Source of the DNA: Lama glama
Taxonomy: Eukaryota
Length of the DNA stretch: 64,000 nucleotides
Reading direction: 5' to 3'
NCBI GenBank assembly: GCA_028534125.1
Contig: CM052818.1
Span: forward strand, 33,854,001 to 33,918,000
Made by a program: the position numbers and the translations under genes. Within the stretch, counting starts at the first letter, position 1. Each line of letters begins with the position of its first letter. Below are positions 12,801 to 24,789 of the stretch, piece by piece. The notes under the pieces are model-generated. The model searched no databases. It saw only the letters and a list, made by a program, of their open reading frames with translations, and was not told where the DNA came from.

Positions 12801-14790
12801 GAGCAGTGAGTCTGGAAAAGCCGAGAGGCCAAGTGTGAATCCTCTGATTGTGATTTTGGGAGAGGGGTCCCCTTCCTATCTTATCAGTGGTGTCATACTC
12901 ATGAGGGGATTTATCCTGCAAGGGGGACCGGGTATTTCAGATAGAATTATCTCCAAAAAGGGAGGAAATGGGCTGTAGTTTCAGAAGAGATTAAATCTAT
13001 GCTCCTCTTGTCTGTTAAAGCTCTCTTGGGGGTCCTTGTGAGAGGAGAAAGCATAGGGGAATGGTTTGGGGAGCACTGATAAGGAGCTGGTGTCCAGAAG
13101 CTCCCATCATGCTCCCTTTCTTCCTTTTAAGCCTGGCTCTGACAGTGGTACAACAGCAGTGGTGGCTCTGATAAGAGGGAAGCAGTTGATTGTAGCCAAT
13201 GCAGGAGACTCCCGCTGTGTGGTGTCTGAGGCTGGCAAAGCTTTAGACATGTCCTATGACCACAAACCGGAGGATGAAGTGGAGCTAGCACGCATCAAGA
13301 ATGCTGGTGGCAAGGTCACCATGGATGGGCGAGTCAACGGTGGCCTCAACCTCTCCAGAGCCATTGGTAAGGGCCAGGAAACTATGGGAAAGACTTCCGA
13401 GGTCTTGTTTTCTGTTCCAGTCTACCTATAGCAAATTGTAATCTTCATAGCCCTTGTGTCTTTCCAGATACCTTTGTATCTACTACTTCTGCCCCTTAAA
13501 CATCTGTGAAATAGGGAAGATAGGTATCATTTCTGGATGATGAAAAGTTTAGTGACTTAAGGCTCAGTAACCCAAGACAGGACTGAAACCAGAAAAACTA
13601 GAACTCAGTTCTCCATTCCATTAAATTATGGAACTTTGTTAAGAAGGGAAGGGAATGTCAGGGTTTGACTGGCCTCAAACACAAATCAGTACTCAAAGTA
13701 TACATCAACCAACCATTCCTTTATTTCAGGAGACCACTTCTACAAGAGAAACAAGAACTTGCCACCTGAGGAACAAATGATTTCAGCCCTTCCTGACATC
13801 AAGGTGCTGACTCTCACTGATGATCATGAATTCATGGTCATTGCCTGTGATGGCATTTGGTGAGCACCAGCAGAACACCCTAAAATTCCCTTTTTTCCCC
13901 CACAGCATTACTTCTCTTTTAGGGCTCTTAGCTGCTCTATCATCCTTCTAGTAGCTGCATTCAGTCCCTTTTCTTAAGCTGCTCTATAATGAGATCCTAG
14001 ATAGGCAGCTTGGTGTCAAGACCCCCAAGCCTAAGGCAGAGCTGAGGACATTCTCTGTGGGTGTTTACCTGGCCCTGGCCATCTGTCACCTCTATCCATA
14101 CTCCCCTACTCTGCCTTGGTGGGACTAAAGAAGATTCTGACTGTTGTTTTTGACCCCAGGAATGTGATGAGCAGCCAGGAAGTTATAGACTTTATTCAAT
14201 CAAAGATAAGCCAGCGTGATGAAAATGGGGAGCTTCGGTTATTGTCATCCATTGTGGAAGAGGTAAGTCCTAGGGTGGAGGAGAGAGGGTATCTGGTCTG
14301 CGTATGCAAGTTTTTCTCTTTTGACCTGAGTTAAGGCCAGAGCCTGCGAGAATCACTAATTACTGACAAATACTAAACCCTGACTAGAAAATTCCACCTT
14401 CCCTCATTTTCCCTGACTTATTCTTACGCCTCATGGACTAGCAAGTGGCTTGTTTTGTGATACCTGTTGCCCATTCCCCTCCTTCTGCCACCCTGTTTCA
14501 GCAGGGCCAGCCTTCTTGTGGGACTTTAGGTTCCCAGAAAGGTATTCAAACACTGAAGCTGAGCTGCCCCGTCCTTTTTGTAGCTGCTGGATCAGTGCCT
14601 GGCACCAGACACTTCTGGGGACGGTACAGGGTGTGACAACATGACCTGCATCATCATTTGCTTCAAGCCCCGAAACACAGCAGAGCTTCAGCCAGAGAGT
14701 GGCAAGCGGAAACTGGAGGAGGTGCTCTCTGCTGAGGGGGCTGAAGAAAATGGCAACAGTGACAATAAGAAGAAGGCCAAGCGGGACTAG
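9803..14790 (+). CDS. PPM1G: Protein phosphatase 1G (PP2C-gamma), coding exons 2-10; exon 1 is upstream of the window
   Basis: Exons: 9803-9872, 10345-10430, 10769-10901, 11657-12072, 12648-12785, 13132-13366, 13730-13859, 14160-14262, 14584-14790 (TAG). All introns are GT-AG and the frame is consistent (1518 nt). PP2C motifs VYDGHGG, ANAGDSR, DHKP, LSRAIGD, IACDGIW, GCDNMT, plus the acidic insert and C-terminal KKAKRD. Confidence 0.97.
10968..11035 (-). mobile_element. Ultra-short polyadenylated retro-insertion with a 16-bp TSD
   Basis: TAAAGAACTATTCTTT at 10952-10967 and 11036-11051; poly-T 10968-10979; minus-strand AATAAA at 10989-10994. Confidence 0.8.
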
Positions 14791-15172
14791 CAGTTGTCCA
14801 GACCCCTGCCCACCTAGACTGTTTTCTGAGCCCTCCGGACTGAGACTGAGTTTTGTCTTTTTCCTTTAGCCTTAGCAGTGGTTATGAGGTGTGCAGGGGG
14901 AGCTGGGGGGCTTTGCTCAGCCCATTCCAAAGAGGGCTCTCCCTCCACACAGCAACCTGGGAGCCTCTGCTGTCCTCCCCAGCCTCCTCCTTGCTCTTTG
15001 GGGCTCATCACCGGTTCTGTGCCTGTGCTCTGTTGTGTTGGAGGGAAGGACTGGTGGTTCTGGTTTTTACTCTGTGAACTTTATTTAAGGACATTCTTTT
15101 TTATTGGCGGCTCCACGGCCCCCAGCCGCTTGCACCTGATCTGTTGTACACTTTCAATCAACACTTTTTCAG

Positions 15173-15178
15173 ACTAAA
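15173..15178 (+). terminator. Probable non-canonical poly(A) signal (ACTAAA) of PPM1G
   Basis: No AATAAA/ATTAAA seen between the stop (14790) and the ZNF513 island. ACTAAA has an upstream TGTA (15145) and a downstream GT/T-rich tract (about 15203-15220). Confidence 0.5.
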
Positions 15179-15299
15179 GGCCAAAACCTAATCGTGCCCA
15201 TGGTGTCCTTTTTTCTCTCCTGCCATTCTGTCCAGGCCACTCGCCCAGGGTGCCCTGGCTCCATACTACCCCCCACCCCATCTACCTAGTGTATGTGCG

Positions 15300-16150
15300 C
15301 GTGTGTATAAAAGTGAGAGGGGGCCCGGGTATTGTAACTCCTCAAGACGCTGCCAGGCTCACGCCGTTCACGGCTCATCCTCACACAGATCAGGGATGAT
15401 TTCCTCGTTACTGAAGTGAAAGGTTAGGATCGGATCGCCGCCCTTGTAAGACTGAAGCCAGGGCTGGGTTTCTCCTGCCCTCCCTGCCAGCCTCGTTCTA
15501 GCTGGTCCCTGATTGGTTCATCCGCTTGCTTTCGTCACAATCACTTCCTGGTCACGCTGTGGACGCTTTCTCTGCTTCTGCTTCCCACGGACTACGTGTC
15601 CCGTGTGGCTCTGCGGCAGCGGAAGCGGAAGGGAGTACGGAGGTACCAGCTGGTCTCCGTAGGGGGGGTAGGGGGCTCCATGAATGGACGCGGCGGTGGC
15701 GGCGGCGGCAGCGGGAGCGGCCTGAGCTGGGCGCCGGGGTCGGCGCCGGGGGCTGCCCGGGGCCCGCGCCGCTGCATGGGGGCGGCTCGTGGGCCCTGAA
15801 AGGAACAGCGGGCCGGCCGAATCGGGAGGGGCGGGGCCGGGCGGCCGCAGGCCGGAGGCGCGTCGGGCTGGAGCCGGTCACGATGCCCCGAAGGAAGCAG
15901 AGCCACCCGCAGCCCGTGAAATGCGAGGGGGTCAAAGGTCAGGGGTCAGGGGCTTCGAGGTGCGGAGGAGCGGGGGTGGGGTCAGTGGCGTGGGTTCAGG
16001 TCGGGGTGGAGGGGGACTCTTGAGGGATGAGGTGGGCGATGTGGTCTCCTAGTTTCCTACTAAGGGAACCCGAAAGGGTCTACGAGTGTGGGAAGTACGG
16101 TCTGCGAGGGCGGGCTCGCTGGGTGCGGATGATGGGCACGGTTCCTGCGG
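15300..16150 (+). promoter_or_regulatory. CpG-island promoter and 5' region of ZNF513
   Basis: High CpG density; inverted CCAAT (GATTGG 15511-15516); ETS core CACTTCCTG near 15542; tandem CGGAAGCGGAAG 15620-15631. Confidence 0.8.
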
Positions 16151-18827
16151 GAGAATCTTCAAGCCCCTTCCCCTCTTCAGTGGATACCGAAGAGTCCCTC
16201 GACGAAGGACCTGGGGCCCTGGTATTGGAAAGTGATTTGCTACTAGGCCAGGATCTGGAGTTTGAGGAAGAAGAGGAAGAGGAAGAGGAGGAAGGTGACG
16301 GCAACAGCGACCAGCTCATGAGCTTCGAGAGAGACTCTGAAGGTGGGTTTGGGGGAATTAGTTAAGGAATAATGACTGCTTTAACCCCAGCCTTTAGGTG
16401 GCGGTTTAGGGGTTAGTGCCAGTAAGCAAAACACCGTTTCCTACCACAACCTAGGGCTGCTTTAGTTTAGATTTGAGCTAGATCTCTTCATTTGCCTATT
16501 GGTCCATAACTTTGTTGAGAGGTAGTCCTGGGGCCTGGTCCAAAGGTGGTATGAAGCGGACAGTGGCAGAATCACATAGAGCAACTGGTTTAAAGTAAAT
16601 GCTTTTTTAATAACCTTGCCCCACTCCTTAGCTCATTCCTTATATGAGTTTACTTTTAAAAGGTTCAAGGAAGCAACCTCATTAAAGCTAGTAATCTAGT
16701 ACTGTCTAATCTAACTCTTTTACCTGCAGCATAAGCCCCTTCTTTGTTGAAGTTTTAGCATTTACCCTTAAGTAGCCTTCCACGTTCCTCTTCCCTGTGA
16801 TCTTAGCATCACCCCATCCTAATTTGCTGCACTCCTTAACCACTTATGCCACTTACAAAGGTGTTTTTGAGTCACTGAGGGAATCCACGTGAAAAAGAGA
16901 ATCCATCCTTTAGGCTTAAGAGTGATATTACATGCATTACTCTTTCCTTTTCCCTCCAAATAGTTTTTATTTTATAATCAGCTGCAAGAGACCGTGCTGT
17001 ATGTAGCTTAGAAAAAAATCTCAGGTGTCTGTCTTGTGTATTTTTACTTTCTTATCCCAAGAATCAGTTAATTACTTAATTATTGATTCATTTCAATCTG
17101 TGGTCCACTGTGAACCCATGATCTTTTTCCTTTCACTGAACTTATATATAACTGTCGTCAGTAGGTCAGTCCAGGCTCAGAGGTAGATAATTCACATTGA
17201 ATTTTTAGGATCTCTGAAGTGAAGGGTGGATCCAAGCAAGTAGGGAGACCACAAGCGAGAAAGGGAGTTTGGAGCCTGGTCCTACCCTGTGTTGATGTCT
17301 CTTCTCATGTCTGTCTCACCAGGAGACTCTCTGGGGGCCAGGCCTGGGCTTCCCTACGGGCTGAGCGACGACGAGTCTGGGGGCGGCCGGGCACTAAGCA
17401 CGGAGAGTGAAGTTGAGGAGCCAGCCAGGGGTCCAGGGGAGGCCAGGGGTGAGAGGCCAGGCCCAGCCTGCCAGCTGTGTGGGGGGCTGACAGGTGAGGG
17501 GCCGTGCTGTGGGCCAGGAGGGCCGGGTGGGGGGCCCCCGCTGCCCCCACGGCTACTATACTCATGCCGCCTCTGCGCCTTCGTGTCCCACTACTCGAGC
17601 CACCTGAAGCGGCACATGCAGACACACAGCGGGGAGAAGCCGTTCCGCTGTGGCCGCTGCCCCTACGCCTCAGCCCAGCTCGTCAACCTGACGCGACATA
17701 CCCGTACCCACACTGGCGAGAAGCCCTACCGCTGTCCCCACTGCCCCTTTGCCTGCAGCAGCCTGGGCAACCTGAGGCGGCATCAGCGCACCCATGCAGG
17801 GCCCCCCACTCCTCCCTGCCCGACCTGTGGCTTCCGCTGCTGTGCTCCACGTCCAACTCGGCCTCCCAGTCCCACAGAGCAGGAGGGGGCAGTGCCCCGG
17901 CGACCTGAAGGTAAAAAGCCAGGGACCAAAGAACCTGGGACATGGGTGGGTGGCCTTAGGGGTACTTGGATTCATAGTGCAGGTCTCGTTGTTCCCACAG
18001 ATGCTCTGTTGCTTCCAGATTTGAGCCTCCATGTGCCACCAGGTGGTGCAAGTTTCCTGCCGGACTGTGGGCAGCTGCGGGGTGAAGGGGAGGGCCTGTG
18101 TGGGACTGGATCAGAACCACTGCCAGAGCTGCTGTTCCCTTGGACCTGCCGGAACTGTGGACAAGAGCTGGAGGAGGGGGAGGGTAGTCGGCTGGGAGCT
18201 GCCATGTGTGGGCGCTGCATGCAAGGAGAGGCTGGAGGGGGTGCCAGTGGGGGACCACAGGGCCCCAGTGACAAAGGCTTTGCCTGTAGCCTCTGCCCCT
18301 TTGCCACTCACTATCCCAACCACTTGGCCCGGCACATGAAGACACACAGTGGTGAGAAGCCCTTCCGCTGTGCCCGCTGTCCCTATGCCTCTGCTCACCT
18401 GGATAACCTGAAGCGGCACCAGCGTGTCCACACAGGAGAGAAGCCCTACAAGTGCCCCCTCTGCCCCTATGCCTGTGGCAACCTGGCCAACCTCAAGCGT
18501 CACGGTCGAATCCACTCTGGGGACAAACCTTTTCGATGTAGCCTTTGCAACTACAGCTGCAACCAGAGCATGAACCTCAAACGCCACATGCTGCGGCACA
18601 CAGGCGAGAAGCCCTTCCGCTGTGCCACCTGCGCCTACACCACAGGCCATTGGGACAACTACAAACGCCACCAGAAGGTGCATGGCCATGGTGGGGCAGG
18701 AGGGCCTGGCCTCTCTGCCTCTGAGGGCTGGGCCCCACCTCACAGTCCCCCCTCTGTTTTGAGCTCTCGGGGTCCAACAGCCCTGGGTGCCACTGGTAAC
18801 CGTGCTCTCCATACAGACTCACCCTGA
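15883..18827 (+). CDS. ZNF513: C2H2 zinc finger protein 513, 543 aa, 4 coding exons
   Basis: Exons: 15883-15937, 16181-16342, 17323-17910, 18001-18827 (TGA). Starts MPRRKQSHPQPVK, has a poly-Glu tract and two clusters of C2H2 fingers with HTGEKP linkers. Confidence 0.96.
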
Positions 18828-19148
18828 ACTAGGTCTTTCTCCCCCAGGCTCTGTGGATTAGCCCTGACCCTCCTGTATGTTTCATACAGATGGACCAGAA
18901 GCCACCTTCTTCCTCCCCCGCTGGCCAGGGGCTCCTCACAGACTAACCTAGGCACTATATGGACCAGCCCAAACCCCATGGGCAGGGGGCCCATATGGAC
19001 CAGGGGGCCTTGCCTTGACTGATGCACATCATAAGCTCAGTGGGAAGGGCCCTGCATTCACCTCCACTGCTCCCAGGGGCAGTGGAGGAACTGGCTGGGG
19101 GACTGCCCAGCCTCACACCTGTTTATTTAACTTATTTCAGTGCTTTAT

Positions 19149-19154
19149 AATAAA
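19149..19154 (+). terminator. Poly(A) signal AATAAA of ZNF513
   Basis: First AATAAA downstream of the ZNF513 stop. Confidence 0.75.
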
Positions 19155-19297
19155 GGAGACACTAACAAAGCCATGTCTATGCTGAGTTGGCAATGGCAAG
19201 CACAGCTCGGCCTCACCCTTAGCATAGCAGTCCATGCTGGGATGGGAGGAGCAGGGGCAGTGAGAGGGAACCGGAGGTAGGCAGCAATCAGGCTGAG

Positions 19298-19303
19298 TTT
19301 AAT
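19298..19303 (-). terminator. Proximal poly(A) signal ATTAAA of SNX17
   Basis: TTTAAT on the + strand, about 360 nt past the SNX17 stop. Confidence 0.65.
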
Positions 19304-19660
19304 GAGGGGGAGCTGGGCCAGACCATACACAGACCTCTGCCCATCCCCTTGGCTCATGGCCCCAAGAAGCCAGAAGCAGCCTTGGGGGAGCTATAGTTCC
19401 TCCCCAGGCAGGTAGCCATGGTCCCGTGGACTTTGTGCAAAATACTAAATGCTAATTTGGCATTGAGGGCCAGCTCTGAAAAGAGAGGGGACGATCCTGT
19501 GTGTAGCCAGCCTCAGGGTGGGGAAGAGGGGGAGGCCCCTGGCCGAGAGGAGAAAAGAGGAAGATAGAAAGGAAGATACCCCCGGCTTGGGGGATACAGG
19601 CACAGGGCAAGTTTCTAAACATTCCTCCGGGATAGAGGGCAGACATCCAAGCACTGGAGA

Positions 19661-22600
19661 TCACAGATCCTCATCTCCAATGCCCTCGAAGGCGAAATTG
19701 CCGTGGACGTCACTGGCACTGGCATCTGTACTGGGAGTGCCAATCCCCCGCAAGCTCACGGCACTCAGCTTGCTCTGTAATAAAGGCACGGTGGGGGGTC
19801 AGAGGGCTCAAGCCTCCCTGAAATCCCCTACAAACACCAACCTCCCCAATCCTCGTGGGAAACTCACTGAGAGTTTGACCATGGACTCCCGGCTGGCATC
19901 AGGTGACTCCTGAGGAAGAGGAAGCAGAAGTGTCAGGGATTCACTGGGGGAGGTAAGGCACGGGCTGGGGGCTGGGGGCTGGGGTACTGACCAGGGAGAA
20001 GTACTTACAAGCAGTGGTGGGGACTTCACTGCTTGCTGGCTGTCTGAGCGTCTCAGAGTGCCTCCCACCCGCCGGCGCAGCATCTGAGGATGGAGATGAG
20101 GTGCTGATAAGGGTGGGTTCACTCTCTTTGGGATCCCAATCCCTCCCACTCCCTCTCAGGAGAAGCATCACACCTAGGACAAAAGGCAGGGAGAGCACAA
20201 CCACTAGGTGCTTGGTCCACACTTGCGCTTACCTTCCTGATACTGCCACCAGATTTCTTCACCATCAGTTCATCTACCATGGACTGCAAGCAGATGCTCA
20301 TCATGATAGCCTGGGGGCAAGGAGAGAGCTCAGCCTGACTAGAGTGTCATCCTGAGCCCAGCACCCCTAACACAAGGGCTCCCACTCACATGGAGTCCTG
20401 GAAGCCCTAAACTTGGGTATCTAAGAGAGACGGTGCAATGGGCTCCAGAGGAGGCCTGAGGGTGGGCTCACACCTGGGGGCTGGTGATGGTGACCCACTG
20501 GAGCCGGTCCTTGCTCATGAGGTATTCAAAAGCCAGTTCCAGGCGTACTTCACCTCGGCCCCGGCCTGGGCTGCTTGTGCCTCCACTGGGCAATGGCACC
20601 TGGGAGACGAAGGGAAATTTGGCTGAGTGCAATCTGCCTCTCTCCCTGAAACTCAAGCCTTGCCAGGCCTCCATCCCAAAGGCCTTCCCCTCCTACCCCA
20701 ACTCACAGAGGAGGTGACCCGCCAGCATCGCATACGGGTGACCCGGAAGGAGCCTTCACGGAGTTGCTGGCCAGGCAGGCGGAGCTGGAGGCTGAGTTCA
20801 CTGTTGCCTGCGCTCACCACCACTGGACAGTCCTTCTCCGGGAAGTCAGCCACACAAGCATCAAAGCGCAAGTAGCCGTAGTGCCGCAGTGTCTGGGCCA
20901 GCCGCAGGAACTGAAACCCAGTCGCCATGTAGGATGGGTCAGGAGGGGAAGTAGGGCAGACCAGAGGAAGCAGCCCCTTGGAGAGAGACAGGGAGGCAGG
21001 GCTCACCTCTTTCTTGGAGACCTTCTCTTGCAGTGATTTGAGCTGTCGGTGCTGCTCCTTGGTGACCAGGATCCACCCACGCTCAATGTCTGATACCGTC
21101 TACAGTGGAGACAAGGGCAGGGTGGTTCAGGGCTCCCAGTCAGAAGTCCAAAGAAAGTGTCCAGTTACCTCTGGCCAGCCTGACCCCTAACCCCACATCT
21201 GAGTGAGCTCTTTGCATTGAGTCCTTGACCATATCAGCTTACAAAGTAGGGAGAGTTGAGGTTGTGCCAAATGCCCTGAGAGTAGTCTAGGAACTTCCCC
21301 ATGAACTGGGAGTAAAGACATGAAAGAATTTTTTTGGTTGAGTGGGACACCAGAGTCATTCTCAGGGGAAGGGTTCTGAGGCAGCTCCAAGCTCACCTGA
21401 GCATAAAGCAGGTTCAGGCCAACCCGGTTCTCCATGACATCGTCATCATAGGCAGAGTCCCAATAACTGTGAGGCCAAGGGGTGGAAAGGGGTAATGGGG
21501 CTAAGCTGGGGGAAGGCAAAAGGTAGAATGGAAAAGGGGCAAAACAGGAGCAATCTCGAACTATCAGGCGAATGGTGATACAGTGGGAGGAAACTTGAGA
21601 GGCCTGGTAGAAACACCCAGCACTACCCACTTGTCCAGATTATTCTGTCTCAGTACATGGCCCCATAATGCAATCCAGCACCTCCTCCCTCCTCCAAGCC
21701 CAGCCTGACCTCTTCCTTAGCACAATCTTATACTCTTGACTCCGAAGACTGGTAACAGACACATAAGGCAGCTCAAACTCTTGCAACTTCCGTACAACTA
21801 TGATTTACAAAAAAAAAAAAATGTCATGAGACTCAGGAGAGGGAAATCAAGACAGAAGCCCTGAGGAAATGCCACATTCCTAGCGGAGACAGGGAGGCAA
21901 ATTCACTACTGGGAACAGAGCAAAGCTGTAAAGTCCAGGGAAACTCACACGAAAACGCTCCATCCTCTTTTTCTCGAACTAGAAAGAGACTAAAGTATCC
22001 AATCAAATCATCTGGAAGATCCAGCTTTGCAGCCACAGCCTGGGGACAGGGAAGGAAGTATGCTCATTATACTGGGTGGTTCCAATCACCCCAAGCCTGG
22101 GACCCTGGGGTGCAGGGGGTAGGAGGGGCAGTGCAAAACAAGCACCTCACCTCCAGGACGTCCTCAGTCTGATCAGAAGTTAGCACATTGACCAGAACTT
22201 TCTGCCCGTTGCTGAGCAGCACTTCCAAGGAGACCTCTTCTGTGGGGACCTGCTGTGTCTCCTGGTTGTGAGCATACACAGAAATGGTTGGCACATCCTT
22301 GTTAACAACATGTCCGCCATCCAGCTCTGACCCCTTCCCAACTCTGTACTTCTAGGTCCCCCTGGTGCCTTTATTCTCAGCTGCTTAATTACAGGTTGGG
22401 TTTCCTTGATTTAATTGGTACAGCAGAAGCCCCATTCCATTAAAAAAAAGGTGTCAGGGTGACCCTCCTGTAGCCACCTCATTGAAATGTGGCCCTACAG
22501 AGAAGTCTTTCCCTTAAATCTTGGTCCTACCCAAACCCTTACCTGCTGTGCCCGACGCAGGAAACTATTGAAGGTCTCACTGCTCCCAAGCAATGGGTCT

Positions 22601-24789
22601 TGCCGAACTGTGGGGACAAGAGAATGATGTTCTAGTAACTTAGGATTTTCTCTTGGCTTCCCCCAGCTCTCTTCTTGGTTTGTCCCCCAGACCTCATTTC
22701 CTGGGCTGATGGTGGCCTGCCACATCTCCCAGATGACCTCACCTCACTCACTGTTTGCATAAATTCTTCACCTGCCCTGCCCTTGGCTACCATGTAGGTG
22801 AGTCCAGTCTACAAAACTAGAGAATAAGGTTCACCTAAAGTACATCATACAAATTAAGTTCTCCCCACTGATTGAAATTGCTTTAAGACTATTTAGTGTT
22901 ATACTACTATCTCTCATAGATGTCAGTGCCCAAAATGCTTTCCTAGTACCTAGAGCATCCTTGCCTGCTATTTACTTTTGCTAATTAAATAATAGACCAA
23001 ACAAGAGGCTTCCCAGATCTAGAAATTACTTTAGAACTTTCTATAGAACAGTGTCAGCCTAAAGTCCCCTCCAACCACTCACCAGCTTGCATGTACTTCT
23101 CTAACTGCTCTCTCCTCTGTTCTACCTCGGCAGGTGTCAGAGAGAAAAGCTTCTTTGGGGGAAATGCAGGAAGCACATTGGCCCCATATTCCTTCCGAAG
23201 CTATTTGGAGAAAGAGATACAACTCTTCACACAACACAGCAAATGAGAAGAGGCACTTCACACTCAAAATGTTCTCTTGGGCTCCCCTTCCCTCTCCTCA
23301 GTCCCTGCTCCCCTGCCTACCCTGGTCATCCAGGAAATGATTCCTTTGGCAGAGGCAGCATTCCAAGGGAGCTGTTCTTTCTGGTCTACAGTGTTTAAAT
23401 CAGCCCCTTCACAGCATAGGGAGGGTTTGTTTAGGCCAGGGCCTAGGGAACCCCTTGATTATCAAGCAAGGCTTTGTTCATTGAACCCTCACAGCAAGCA
23501 AAAGGCTTTGTAAGGGAAGTTTATGTGTACAAACAGTTAAGTAATAGCTAAGTATGTTCACAAAGTATCTTAGGACTTAGAGGGACTTTGCAGATCAAGG
23601 AATCCATTTTTCAGTTGTGGAAACTGAGGCCCAAAGAAATCAGGGAACTTGCTCAGGGTTGCACAACTAGTTATCAGTAGAACCAGGACTCTGTATCAAG
23701 TTAAACAGAGCTCACAATCTGGTGAGAACAGAGAAACATTACATCACAGACACATAAGAATAAATGAAACACCTACACCCACTCAGGTGAGTCAAGGAAC
23801 ACAGAAGGAAATTGGTGAATGGTTTGTATGAGCAGGGAAAAGAGTTTCAAGTTGCAGCTCAGATGACAGAAGGATGTTTTGGCAGCGGAGGGAGGAAGGT
23901 TGTCGTTTCCTCCATGCACAGGCAAAGGCAGTGTACAGGCTGTGTAAGATGGGAGCAGAGAAGCAGGAAGGAGGACGTGAGTATAGGGAGGAGCAGTTAG
24001 AGTGGCAAACATTAAGCTTCATAGGGAGTTCCCCGGAAATGTCAGACGATAAGATAAAGCACCAGATCCTCCCCTGTGGCAGTGATTAAAGGGGAACTAC
24101 ATCCTACGGGAAAGCGACGAGGGGGAAAATGGAAACACTGATGCCCAGGTGTAGGAAAAGGCTTGAAGCTGCCTCAAGGCAGGGGTGCTAGTCCCACCTG
24201 CTCGTGCAGCCCCAGGAGCTGGCTGTAGCGCACCCGACAGTGCAGAACTCCATTCACGTGAATGTTATAGGCCTGAGGACACAAAAGCAGGCAAGCATTT
24301 TAGGGTCGCGGTCTGGACGACCCCCTTGAGAACCCTGGCCGGAAGTTGCTTGGCACAGCTCTGCCTGAGTAACGTGCCGAGATCTTCCAAATGTTTGCCA
24401 GTCTGTTTTCCCTGGATCCAGGTCCAAAAGCGGAAGGACCAGTCGAGAGGGAACCCCGGGCGCTCGAGCTGCAGTCTTCCTCACCAGGAGGCCCGCCAGA
24501 GTCGCCGCGGCCCAGCCGGAGTAGGCGACGCGGCCAAACAAAGGACCTACAGGAGCTGGGGCGATCTCTGGACGAATATGAGATGTAATACAAGCTCCCG
24601 GTGAGGCCGTCGGGGTCGGCGGCCTGTGACCCAGGCCCGAAAGGTGGTGGCCAGACCTCGGAGGCCACTCAGGGCTCCGGCCCGTTATCCCCGCCCCTGC
24701 CCCGCCGGGCTCCGGCCGCTCCTCACCACGTAGGCGGAGCCGCCGCTGTCCCCGCTGCGGGACTCGGTTTCAGGAATGGAAAAGTGCAT
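19661..24789 (-). CDS. SNX17: Sorting nexin 17 (PX + FERM-like), 470 aa, 15 exons
   Basis: Exons (minus strand): 24789-24727, 24272-24198, 23200-23083, 22607-22543, 22261-22151, 22039-21949, 21797-21710, 21466-21397, 21099-21007, 20910-20707, 20599-20474, 20310-20233, 20083-20009, 19909-19868, 19774-19661. Total 1413 nt. Starts MHFSIPETESRSGDSGGSAYV and ends GNFAFEGIGDEDL*. Confidence 0.97.

Noticed and set aside
18111..18812. 233-aa minus-strand ORF
   Set aside because: Antisense mirror of the GC-rich ZNF513 zinc-finger exon; no independent promoter or splice evidence.
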